Source: Mytilus californianus
Taxonomy: Eukaryota
Reading direction: 5' to 3'
Length of the DNA: 64,000 nt
Assembly: GCF_021869535.1 (NCBI RefSeq)
Contig: NW_026262690.1
Span: forward strand, 28,520,001 to 28,584,000
Part shown: piece after piece, positions 1 through 11,690 of the stretch
Numbering within the stretch: the first letter of the stretch is position 1
Layout: the number at the start of each line of letters is the position of its first letter
The notes under the pieces: generated by a model
Told to the model about the DNA's origin: nothing
Databases searched by the model: none
Seen by the model: the letters and a program-made list of their open reading frames with translations, nothing else
Made by a program: the position numbers and the translations under genes

Positions 1-3000
1 CTGCTATTGTTCTACATTTTGTAAAGGCATTATTGAGTACTGCTATTGTTCTAAATTTTGTAGAGGCATTGTAAAGAGTGAGTACTGCTATTGTTCTACA
101 TTTTGTAGAGGCATTGTAAAGATTGAGTACTGCTATTTTTCTACATTTTGTAGTGGCATTGTATAGATTGGGTACTGCTATTGTTCTTCATTTTGTAACA
201 GCATTGTATAGATTGAGTACTGCTATTGTTCTACATTTTGTAACGGTATTGTATAGATTGAGTACTGCTTTTGTTCTACATTTTGTAGAGGCATTGTATA
301 GATTGCTCACTGCTATTGTTCTACATTTTGTAGAGGCATTGTAAAGATTGAGTACTGCTATTTTTCTACATTTTGTAACGGCATTGTATAGATTGAGTAC
401 TGCTTTTGTTCTACATTTTGTAGAGGCATTGTATAGATTGCTCACTGCTATTGTTCTACATTTTGTAGAGGCATTGTATAGATTGAGTACTGCTATTGTT
501 CTACATTTTGTAGAGGCATTGTATAGATTGCTCACTGCTTTTGTTCTACATTTTGTAGTGGCATTGTTTAGATTGAGTACTGATATTGTTCTACATTTTG
601 TAGTGGCATTGTATAGATTGAGTACTGCTATTGTTCTGCATTTTGTAGAGGCATTGTATAGATTGCTCACTGCTATTGTTCTACATTTTGTAGTGGCATT
701 GTGTAGATTGGGTACTGCTATTGTTCTACATTTTGTAGAGGCATTATATGGATTGATTTCTGCTATTGTTCTACATTTTGTAGAGGCATTGTATTGATAG
801 AGTTCTGCTTTTGTTCTACATTTTGTAGAGGCATTGTATAGATTGAGTACTGCTATTGTTCTACATTTTGTAGTGGCCTTGTGTAGATTGAGTACTGCTA
901 TTGTTCTACATTTTGTAGTGGCATTGTATAGATTGAGTACTGCTATTGTTCTACATTTTGTAGAGGCATTGTATTGATTGAGTTCTGCTATTGTTCTACA
1001 TTTTGTAAAGGCATTGTATTTATTGAGTTCTGCTATTGTTCTATATTTTGTAGAGGCATTGTATAGATTGCTCACTGCTATTGTTCTACATTTTGTAGAA
1101 GCATTGTAAAGATTGGGTACTGCTATTGTTCTACATTTTGTAACAGCATTGTATAGATTGAGTACTGCTATTTTTCTACATTTTGTAGAGGCATTGTATA
1201 GATTGAGTACTGCTATTGTTCTACATTTTGTAGTGGCATTGTGTAGATTGAGTACTGCTATTGTTCTACATTTTGTAGAGGTATTGTATAGATTGAGTAC
1301 AGCTATTGTTCTACATTTTGTAGTGGTATTGTAAAGATTGAGTACTGCTATTGTTCTACATTTTGTAGAGGCATTGTAAAGATTGAGTACTGATATTGTT
1401 CTACATTTTGTAGAGGCATTGTAAAGAGTGAGTACTGCTATTGTTCTACATTTTGTAGAGGCATTGTAAAGATTGAGTACTGCTATTTTTCTACATTTGT
1501 AGTGGCATTGTATAGATTGGGTACTGCTATTGTTCTTCATTTTGTAACAGCATTGTATAGATTGAGTACTGCTATTGTTCTACATTTTGTAACGGTATTG
1601 TATAGATTGAGTACTGCTTTTGTTCTACATTTTGTAGAGGCATTGTATAGATTGCTCACTGCTATTGTTCTACATTTTGTAGAGGCATTGTAAAGATTGA
1701 GTACTGCTATTTTTCTACATTTTGTAACGGCATTGTATAGATTGAGTACTGCTTTTGTTCTACATTTTGTAGAGGCATTGTATAGATTGCTCACTGCTAT
1801 TGTTCTACATTTTGTAGAGGCATTGTATAGATTGAGTACTGCTATTGTTCTACATTTTGTAGAGGCATTGTATAGATTGCTCACTGCTTTTGTTCTACAT
1901 TTTGTAGTGGCATTGTTTAGATTGAGTACTGCTATTGTTCTACATTTTGTAGTGGCATTGTATAGATTGAGTACTGCTATTGTTCTGCATTTTGTAGAGG
2001 CATTGTATAGATTGCTCACTGCTATTGTTCTACATTTTGTAGTGGCATTGTGTAGATTGGGTACTGCTATTGTTCTACATTTTGTAGAGGCATTATATGG
2101 ATTGATTTCTGCTATTTTTCTACATTTTGTAGAGGCATTGTATTGATAGAGTTCTGCTTTTGTTCTACATTTTGTAGAGGCATTGTATAGATTGAGTACT
2201 GCTATTGTTCTACATTTTGTAGTGGCCTTGTGTAGATTGAGTACTGCTATTGTTCTACATTTTGTAGTGGCATTGTATAGATTGAGTACTGCTATTGTTC
2301 TACATTTTGTAGAGGCATTGTATTGATTGAGTTCTGCTATTGTTCTACATTTTGTAAAGGCATTGTATTTATTGAGTTCTGCTATTGTTCTATATTTTGT
2401 AGAGGCATTGTATAGATTGCTCACTGCTATTGTTCTACATTTTGTAGAAGCATTGTAAAGATTGGGTACTGCTATTGTTCTACATTTTGTAACAGCATTG
2501 TATAGATTGAGTACTGCTATTTTTCTACATTTTGTAGAGGCATTGTATAGATTGAGTACTGCTATTGTTCTACATTTTGTAGTGGCATTGTGTAGATTGA
2601 GTACTGCTATTGTTCTACATTTTGTAGAGGTATTGTATAGATTGAGTACAGCTATTGTTCTACATTTTGTAGTGGTATTGTAAAGATTGAGTACTGCTAT
2701 TGTTCTACATTTTGTAGAGGCATTGTAAAGATTGAGTACTGATATTGTTCTACATTTTGTAGTGGCATTGTGTAGATTGAGTACTGCTATTGTTCTACAT
2801 TTTGTAGTGGCATTGTGTAGATTGGGTTCTGCTATTGTTCTACATTTTGTAGTGGGATTGTAAAGATTGAGTACTGCTTTTGTTCTACATTTTGTAGTGG
2901 CATTGTACAGATTGGGTACTGCTATTGTTATATATTTTGTAACAGCATTGTATAGATTGAGTACTGCTATTGTTCTACATTTTGTAGTGGCATTGTGTAG

Positions 3001-4290
3001 ATTGGGTTCTGCTATTGTTCTACATTTTGTAGAGGCATTGTATAGTTTGACTTCTGGTATTGTATAGATTGAATACTGCTATTGTTCTACATTTTGTAGT
3101 GGCATTGTATATATTGGGTACTGCTATTGTTTTACATTTTGTAGAGGCATTGTATAGATTGAGTACTGCTATTGTTCTATATTTTGTAGAGGCATTTTAT
3201 AGATTGAGTACCGCTATTGTTCTACATTTTGTAGTTGCATTGTATAGATTGGGTACTGCTATTGTTCTACATTTTGTAGAGGCATTGTAAAGATTGGATA
3301 CTGCTTTGTTCTACATTTTGTAACAGCATTGTATAGATTGAGTACTGCTATTGTTCTACATTTTGTAGTGGCATTGTTTAGATTGAGTACTGCTATTGTT
3401 CTACATTTTGAAGTGGTATTGTATAGATTGGGTACTGCTATTGTTCTACATTTTGTAACAGCATTGTATAGATTGAGTACTGCTATTGTTCTACATTTTG
3501 TAACAGCATTGTATAGATTGAGTACTGCTATTGTTCTACATTTTGTAACAGCATTGTATATATTAAGTACTGCTATTGTTCTAAATTTTGTAGAGGCATT
3601 GTATAGATTGAGTACTGCTATTGTTCTACATTTTGTAGGGCATTGTATAGATTGCTCACTGCTATTGTTCTACATTTTGTAGAGGCATTGTAAAGATTGG
3701 GTCATGCTATTGTTCTACATTTTGTAGAGGCATTGTAAAGATTGAGTACTGCTATTGTCCTACATTTTGTAGAGGCATTGTATAGATTGAGTACTGCTAT
3801 TGTTCTACATTTTGTAGTGGCATTGTATATATTGGGTACTGTTATTGTTCTACATTTTGTAGAGGCATTGTATAGATTGAGTACTGCTATTGTTCTACAT
3901 TTTGTAGAGGCATTTTATAGATTGAGTACCGCTATTGTTCTACATTTTGTAGTTGCATTGTATAGATTGGGTACTGGTATTGTTCTACATTTTGTAGAGG
4001 CATTGTAAAGATTGGGTACTGCTATTGTTCTACCTTTTGTAGTGGTATTGTATAGATTGAGTACTGCTTTTGTTCTACATTTTATAGAGACATTGTATAG
4101 ATTGAGTCATGCTATAGTTTTAGAAGCTACGTTTTGTAGTGAAATTGTATAGATTGGGTCATGCTATTGTTTTAAAAACTACGTTTTGGTGGCATTGTAT
4201 TAACTGAGTTATGCTATTATTTTAGTAATAAATTTTGTAGTGGCATTGTATAGAATAAGTTATGCTATTATTTTAGAAAGTACATTTTGC
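1..4290. repeat. 45-bp tandem satellite/minisatellite array (about 95 monomers, truncated by the window start)
   Basis: Consensus GATTGAGTACTGCTATTGTTCTACATTTTGTAGAGGCATTGTATA repeats head-to-tail with point variants. Monomers decay from about 4090 to 4290. Confidence 0.98.
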
Positions 4291-4829
4291 AGTGGCGTAA
4301 CTTGACCCTTATTTCTAGTGAGGCAAACGATTTGAAACTCGGGAGTCAAAGCCTGGCACAGTTCAAAGAACGTGATGCGGATAGAAAATGAACGATTATG
4401 GCAAACCGATGTCGCAAAAAATGTTTGCGGCATTTACAAATGCAAACAGTCGAATTCTATACTGGTTTGATTGCTGTTTGCCTTACACGAAGGACGAATT
4501 TTTCATGCATATTTAAGACAAGGAAAAAAAACATATTCAATAGTATAGGTTCTCAGCATATTGTGTAATGATGGGTGTGTTTAACGACCTTATCTATATA
4601 TATGTATATATAAACACTGAACACTTTAAATTTGCAAAACACTCCTTTGCAAATCCGGCGCCGCACTTTATCTAATTAAGATACCGTGTCATGTAAATAA
4701 CCAAAATGTGCGGAACAACATAGAATTTTCTAAATACCAAGCTCTAGACTTTAGATATTTATTGCAATTTGTATTTAAATAAACATGGGACAAAAAAATC
4801 ACTAATGCAGTCAAGAAATATATATAACA

Positions 4830-6450
4830 ACACAATTTTGGTTTCGATGGATGTGTGTTCTTCATACACCAATATCCCGAAAATGAAGGAGTAACCGCGT
4901 GTGAAAAAAGTATGGAACACTCGAAAGGATAAACATTCCCCAACTGACTGTTTAGTTCAGTTACTTAAGCTATAGTGCTAGAAAATAACAACTTTATTTT
5001 CAACGACAAGCACTTTTTACACATTGACGGTACTAGTATGGGAACAAAATTGGCACCTTCTTTTGTCAAAATTTTTATGGGGGATCTTGAAGAATGCATC
5101 CTTTTGGGTGTGTCATACAAACCCTTGTCTTGGCTCCGTTTTATTGATGATGATGACATGAAATGGAACGATACTGCAGAACATCTACAAGATTTTTTAG
5201 ATCATTGTAACAAGTTCCATCATTAAATAAAATTTACATCTGAATTTTCGAGCGAGAAAATTGCGTTTCTCGATACCACCACATTTGTAAAAAACGGGGT
5301 CATGACAACTGATCTCCACACAAAGAAAACTGACAAACACCAGTTTCTCTCTCCGAAAAGTTGTCACCCGAAACATTGCTCCAGGAGCATTTTTTACAGT
5401 CAAGCAATCAGACTAAAGCGAATTTCCCCCTTGAAATCCACACTCAACTACCGTTTGGGACAACTCAGAAAACAACTAAAATCAAGAGGATACAAAAACA
5501 AAAAAAACACAGAAGCTTTCGATAAAGCCCATGAAAAAGATCGAAAGATCCTCATGGAATACAAAGATAAGACGACCAGGACAGATAAAATTTCGTTTGT
5601 TGTCACCTTCCATCCCGATCTGACAAATATTTCATCTACTGTCCGCAAGCACTGGCGTCTTATTGAAAATGACTTCCCTGAAAGAAATTTTTCAATCACC
5701 TCCTGTTATTGCTTATCGCAGACCCAAAAATCTCAAAGACATACTTGTTACCTCTAAAGTAAAAAAAACAAGAGACCTCTAAAATCGGGTGTTGCAAACA
5801 ATGCGGAAGAAGCAATTGTAAGTGCTGTAAAGTCGCCAACACTGAAAACTCTTTCACCAGCACAGTAACAAAGCAGCGATACAACATCTATGTTACATCT
5901 TATTGTAAAACGGAAAATAGTATTTATATTCTTACTTGTGGAACTTGTAAGCTGCAATATGTTGGCGAAACAGAAACTAAAGTCAACATCAGACTTAATA
6001 ATCACCGGTCATTTCATACCAAAGGAAGAAACTGCCCAATCACAAGACACCTCTTAAGAACAGGACATACTTTTGAAAATATCACCTTTCAAATAATAGA
6101 GGTCAACCAAAATTGGGAGACCCAATGTAGAAAACACAGAGAGAGATTTTGGATGCATTAGCTACGTACTCTTGAACCTTATGAACTGAATGAGAGAGAT
6201 GAAAAACAGTTTTATCAAAAATAGGAATAAATCTTGAACTTCTTACTATTTAACTAACACAATTATTTGTTTTGATTTAATAATCGCTATGTACAATAAG
6301 CTGCAAAAATATATTTAAAAGACATGTACAATAAGCTGCAAAAATTTCTTTACAGCATCTAATTTTTTTGCACGCGCCTGATGAATCTAATTTGTTTAGC
6401 GAAATATTGCGTGAATATATAAAATATAACAACTATTTTCATAACACTCA
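4830..6450 (+). mobile_element. Penelope-like retroelement copy 1, 5'-truncated and frameshifted (RT, thumb, GIY-YIG endonuclease, 3' UTR)
   Basis: RT motifs GTSMGTKLAPSFVKIFM and WLRFIDD (4975-5226). Thumb region KTDKHQFLSPKSCHPKH..YSQAIRLKRI (5302-5757). GIY-YIG reads NSIYILTCGTCKLQYVGET..RLNNHRS..RERFW in a broken frame at about 5910-6200. Confidence 0.92.
6371..6415 (+). ncRNA. Minimal type I hammerhead ribozyme motif (slightly degenerate) in the 3' UTR of Penelope copy 1
   Basis: CTGATGA (6378-6384), extra A, stem II (T)CTAA-tttgt-TTAG(C), GAAA (6401-6404), TATT. Stem I is CGCGC (6373-6377) paired with GCGTG (6409-6413). The closing 10.1 base is T rather than G. Confidence 0.7.
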
Positions 6451-6635
6451 TTAGGGTGTTAAAGTTACATTATATATATATATATATATTACGTCTAGAT
6501 ATTAGTTGACAATCTTTTTTACGAGGGCGCTGGATCGTTACGAGTAGCGATACCTGTACACAATAAATATACTATATAAACGCCTAAAAGTGTACAAAAC
6601 AACACCAATATTAAAAAAAGGAAACATTAAATGTA

Positions 6636-6685
6636 ATTATCTATAAATATTTCGGATAACAGATATCTTTCATCAGTATGATTAT
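6636..6685 (-). ncRNA. Minimal type I hammerhead ribozyme motif in the inverted Penelope terminal repeat
   Basis: Reverse complement reads atcata-CTGATGA-A-AGATA-tctgt-TATCC-GAAA-TATT-tatagat. Confidence 0.72.
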
Positions 6686-8699
6686 GATGTAAAATGAATC
6701 ATTTCAATCTATTCTGATTTAAAACTATAACAATCTTTAAATTTATACGATTAAAACCGAACAACGCTTGTATAATTCTAAAATTTCAAAAATGTTAGGT
6801 ATTTACAACAGAGACTGCATAGATATGCTTTTAACAAAAATAGTAATGTGAAATATGAACTGGTACATTTCTAAAATTTAAAATACACAAAGTCAATAAT
6901 CCAGGTAGACCAATTGTTTCTGCCAATGACCACCCTACAGAGAAAATATCAGAATTTATTGACTTTCATTTAAGACCACATGTAGAAAAATATACAATCC
7001 TATATACAAGATACAACACAATATCTTAAGAAAATGGAATCCTTGAACCCTCTCCCACCTGTAACAGTCCTAGTCTCGCTTGGTGTTACCTCTCTCTATA
7101 CTAACATCCCCCATGACGATGGCATTGAAGCCTGTAGGGAAGTCTTGAACTCTCGCAATACCTTACACCCACCAACTGAATGTCTAGTCAAGCTTCTAAC
7201 TTTGGTATTGAAATGCAATAACTTCACATCCAATGGTGAACACTTTCTCCAGGTTATTGGAACAGCACTCGGAACAAAGATGGCCCCGTCTTATGCCAAT
7301 ATTTTTATGGGCAAATTAGAACAGCAAATTCTCAATTCTTCTCTTTATCAACCTCTCTCTTGGTTCCAATTCATCGACGAAATTGACATGAAGTGGGATA
7401 ATACTGAACAAAAACTCAATGTGTTCATTCAACATGCCAACGATGCCCATCCCTCAATAAAATTCACTCTCAACTGAGAGGAAGGTCTGGATTGCATTCT
7501 TAGTCGCTACGATGGCCGTTCGTACGTTTGTGAAATGGCTGTTCTGACTAGCCAACATACTGTTTACCACACTTACACTGTAGAAGATACACAGCATGTG
7601 TAGTTTTGCAATTAACATTGCAATTAACATTGCAAAATTAACATTGCAATTAACATTGCAAAATATGGTGTATTCCGTACCAGTGGAGTGACTGTTAAAA
7701 GTCTGGGTATTCAGTATTTGCTTACAAGTCAAACATAGTTTGTTTCCGCATCCCTTGCAAGACACTACAAACGAAGAGCCTGATTTAGAGGATAAATCAG
7801 TTCTCACCAGCATGTCTTTAAGGTTTTTGGGCCTACGGAAAGCCAGTACAGGTGGCTCGGGAAAGATCTTGGATAGTTTAGGATGTTTTTCGATTTCTTT
7901 CCTATTTTCGCGGATAAGGTGTGATAACTTGTCAAATTTAGGATGGTAAGTCAGCAGTAACGGCACTCTTTTGGTGACCTTTTTGTCTTTATATTGTAAA
8001 GTTCGTCTCGGCTGATGTTGTTACCACGAAAAAAACCTTTATCAATATCTTTTCTTCTGTATCCCCGATTTTTTAGGTGACCGCGAAGTTCTCGTAGTCG
8101 CCTTTTTGCAGTATCATTGGTGGAGCAAATCCGTTTTATTCGTATGGCCTGGCTATAGGGAATGCTCTCGGTGCAATGTTTAGGATGACAACTCAAAGGA
8201 GAAAGATATTGATGTTTCACTTGCGTAGCAGTGTCAAGAAATGGGATCTTAGAGTCAGAGATTTCATAAGTGAATTTTATTGAGGGATGAGCATCGTTGG
8301 CATGTTGAATGAACACATTGAGTTCTTGTTCAGTATTATCTCACTTCATGTCTATATAGTCGATGAATCGGAACCAAGAGAGAGGTTGATAAAGAGAAGA
8401 ATTGAGAATTTGCTGTTCTAATTTGCCCATAAGAATATTGACAAAAGACGGGGTCATCTTTGTTCCCATTGCTATTCCATTAACCTGGAGAAAGTGTTCA
8501 CCATTGAGTATGAAGTTATTGCATTTCAAAACCAAAGTTAAAAGCTGGACTAGACATTCAGTTGGTGGGTGTAAGGTATTGCGAGAGTTCAAGACTTCCC
8601 TAGTATAGAAAGAGGTAACATCAAGCGAGACAATGATTGTTTCAGGTGGGAGAGGGTTCAATGATTCCATTTTCTTAAGATAGTGTGTTGTATCTTGGA

Positions 8700-8905
8700 C
8701 TGTAAATTCAGAAATTATTGCGTGCATCTATTATTGCCATTTTTGAAGAATGGACTAAATGCGAGATTAATTGTAGCGATTTCAGGAAAAGGTGCATACA
8801 GATTTATGCATCAGATTTCAGAATGTGAGTTCTTATTATTGCGATACTCACACAGTCGCATTATTCGCATTAATTAAAACCTCGCAATAATTTTTGAATT
8901 TACAG
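8700..8905. mobile_element. 206-bp MITE with about 23-bp TIRs at a TA target (Tc1/mariner-pogo-like non-autonomous element), inserted in the Penelope RT
   Basis: Left end CTGTAAATTCAGAAATTATTGCG, right end CGCAATAATTTTTGAATTTACAG followed by TA. The empty site GTATCTTG-TA-TATAGGA is preserved in the other inverted-repeat arm (about 7000-7015, reverse strand). The left TSD reads GA. Confidence 0.85.
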
Positions 8906-9225
8906 TATATAGGATGGTGTATTTTCTACATGTGGTCTTAAATGAAAGTCAATAAATTCTGATATTTTCTTTGTAGGGTGGTCATTGGCAGAAACAATTG
9001 GTCTACCTGGATTATTGACTTTGTGTATTTTAAATTTTAGAAATGTACCAGTTCATATTTCACATTACTATTTTTGTTAGAAGCATATCTATGCAGTCTC
9101 TGTTGTAAATACCTAACATTTTTGAAATTTTAGAATTATACAAGCGTTGTTCGGTTTTAATTGTATAAATTTAAAGATAGTTATAGTTTTAAATCAGAAT
9201 AGATTGAAATGATTCATTTTACATC

Positions 9226-9275
9226 ATAGTCATACTGATGAAAGATATCTGTTATCCGAAATATTTATAGATAAT
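9226..9275 (+). ncRNA. Minimal type I hammerhead ribozyme motif
   Basis: gtcata-CTGATGA(9235-9241)-A-AGATA-tctgt-TATCC-GAAA(9258-9261)-TATT-tatagat. Confidence 0.72.
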
Positions 9276-9479
9276 TACATTTAATGTTTCCTTTTTTTAA
9301 TATTGGTGTTGTTTTGTACACTTTTAGACGTTTATATAGTATATTTATTGTGTACAGGTATCGCTACTCGTAACGATCCAGCGCCCTCGTAAGAAAGATT
9401 GTCGACTAATATCTAGACGTAATATATATATATATATAATGTAACTTTAACACCTTTGGGTTAATAAAATAGAAATGCC

Positions 9480-9700
9480 CCGGCTTTGATTTTTCAGGTT
9501 TTAGATATTTAAATGTGTCTTCATCAATATGACCCTGTTCACACATGATTTTAAAGTTAAACTTTGTGGTGACCTCTTGAATTGAGGGGTCGGGTCAGAG
9601 TCTAATTTCTTATAAAATCTCTCATCAGAAGGTTGACGTTCTGCCTCTTGAATGTAATCACCTTTGTCCATGACGACAACAACGCTGCCTTTATCTGCTA
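9480..9700 (-). pseudogene. Penelope RT N-terminal fragment (duplicated at about 10689-10909)
   Basis: [37 protein letters not shown] matches the characteristic PLE ADKG..VVMD..DY...L.D...Y..L..DPT motif. Confidence 0.85.
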
Positions 9701-9702
9701 GA

Positions 9703-10055
9703 TTTAGACACTCCAATTGTACGGAATACACCATATTTTGCAAGGTTAATTGCAAAACTACAAATGCTGTGTATCTTCTACAGTGTAAATGTGGTAAACA
9801 GTATGTTGGCGAGTCAGAACAGCCATTTCACAAACGCACGAACGGCCATCGTAGCGACTATGAATGCAAGCCAAACCTTCCTTTCAGTCGAATTCGAGAT
9901 CCCCTGGCCACACTAAGGCACATCTGAATCGTCTGACCATTACAATCATAGACCACAACACTGCTTGGGCTAGGGAGGATAGACTCTCTCGGGAAAGATT
10001 TTGGATAAGAAAATTAAAAACTTTGGCACCAAATGGGATCAATGAAAAGGTGTAG
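9703..10055 (+). pseudogene. Penelope GIY-YIG endonuclease fragment (duplicated at 10912-11264)
   Basis: [31 protein letters not shown], then after a frameshift RLSRERFWIRKLKTLAPNGINEKV*. Confidence 0.88.
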
Positions 10056-10431
10056 TTCTTATTCGCGAAGTGCTTTTTATTTTGGTTATATAACATATTA
10101 CTACGCAGTCTCTGTTGCTATTCTTTTACCTTTGTCAACTCTAAAATTCTAGAACTATACAAATTTAAATCGCAGGGTGCTATTCATTTGAGATGTATAA
10201 GTACGCAGCCACATTCAATTACTTAACCTTTGTCAAAATTATTTTTTTGTAATCATTATCAAACTGCTATTTATTTGGGATGTGTAAAAACGCATCGTCT
10301 GTTGTAATTACTTTACCGTCGTCAAATTTGAAATTTGAGTATTATACAAGCGCTGTTCGGTTTTAATTGTATAAATTTAAAGATTGTTATAGTTTTAAAT
10401 CAGAATAGATTGATATGATTCATTTTGCATG

Positions 10432-10481
10432 ATTATCGTACTGATGAAGGATACCTGTTATCTGAAATATTTATAGATAAT
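10432..10481 (+). ncRNA. Minimal type I hammerhead ribozyme motif
   Basis: ATTATCGTA-CTGATGA(10441-10447)-A-GGATA-cctgt-TATCT-GAAA(10464-10467)-TATT-TATAGATAAT. Stem I is 9 bp with one bulged A. Confidence 0.75.
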
Positions 10482-11640
10482 TACATTTAATGCTTCCTTT
10501 TTTTTTAATATTGGTGTTGTTTTGTACACTTTTTAGGCGTTTATATAGTATATTTATTGTGTACAGGTATCGCTACTCGTAACGATCCAGCGCCCTCGTA
10601 AGAAAGATTGTCGACTAATATCTAGACGTAATATATATATATATATAATGTAACTTTAACACCTTTGGGTTAATAAAATAGAAATGCCCCGGCTTTGATT
10701 TTTCAGGTTTTAGATATTTAAATGTGTCTTCATCAATATGACCCTGTTCACACATGATTTTAAAGTTAAACTTTGTGGTGACCTCTTGAATTGAGGGGTC
10801 GGGTCAGAGTCTAATTTCTTATAAAATCTCTCATCAGAAGGTTGACGTTCTGCCTCTTGAATGTAATCACCTTTGTCCATGACGACAACAACGCTGCCTT
10901 TATCTGCTAGATTTAGACACTCCAATTGTACGGAATACACCATATTTTGCAAGGTTAATTGCAAAACTACAAATGCTGTGTATCTTCTACAGTGTAAATG
11001 TGGTAAACAGTATGTTGGCGAGTCAGAACAGCCATTTCACAAACGCACGAACGGCCATCGTAGCGACTATGAATGCAAGCCAAACCTTCCTTTCAGTCGA
11101 ATTCGAGATCCCCTGGCCACACTAAGGCACATCTGAATCGTCTGACCATTACAATCATAGACCACAACACTGCTTGGGCTAGGGAGGATAGACTCTCTCG
11201 GGAAAGATTTTGGATAAGAAAATTAAAAACTTTGGCACCAAATGGGATCAATGAAAAGGTGTAGTTCTTATTCGCGAAGTGCTTTTTATTTTGGTTATAT
11301 AACATATTACTACGCAGTCTCTGTTGCTATTCTTTTACCTTTGTCAACTCTAAAATTCTAGAACTATACAAATTTAAATCGCAGGGTGCTATTCATTTGA
11401 GATGTATAAGTACGCAGCCACATTCAATTACTTAACCTTTGTCAAAATTATTTTTTTGTAATCATTATCAAACTGCTATTTATTTGGGATGTGTAAAAAC
11501 GCATCGTCTGTTGTAATTACTTTACCGTCGTCAAATTTGAAATTTGAGTATTATACAAGCGCTGTTCGGTTTTAATTGTATAAATTTAAAGATTGTTATA
11601 GTTTTAAATCAGAATAGATTGATATGATTCATTTTGCATG

Positions 11641-11690
11641 ATTATCGTACTGATGAAGGATACCTGTTATCTGAAATATTTATAGATAAT
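11641..11690 (+). ncRNA. Minimal type I hammerhead ribozyme motif (copy of the 10432-10481 motif)
   Basis: Same sequence 1209 bp downstream, with CTGATGA at 11650-11656. Confidence 0.75.

Larger units (their letters stand above)
6455..9454. mobile_element. Rearranged Penelope-like element forming a large inverted repeat (arms 6455-7468 and 8269-9454, spacer about 800 bp)
   Basis: The left arm is a non-coding terminal-repeat unit plus a plus-strand RT (NNPGRPIVS..., ORF 7034-7477 with [31 protein letters not shown]). The right arm is its reverse complement (ORF 8341-8727). The spacer holds minus-strand thumb and partial GIY-YIG (ORFs 7951-8316 and 7454-7966). Confidence 0.92.

Noticed and set aside
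123-4008. Many ORFs in the 45-bp array (and 63352-63714) as protein-coding genes
   Set aside because: A 45-bp period automatically gives 15-aa repeats. There is no unique N- or C-terminal domain, variants are largely non-synonymous, and plus-strand frames are broken by TAA variants.
1-4290. CRISPR array interpretation of the hairpin-containing repeats (also the 20-bp and 23-bp arrays)
   Set aside because: Monomers are contiguous with no unique spacers, there are no cas genes, and the context is eukaryotic.
4290-4660. MITE beginning CAGTGGCGTAAC
   Set aside because: No matching right inverted repeat or TSD was found.
9622-9628. Extra minus-strand CTGATGA cores (also 10831-10837 and 46131-46137) as hammerheads
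   Set aside because: No pairable stem II followed by GAAA and no stem I. The first two are simply RT codons (SDE).
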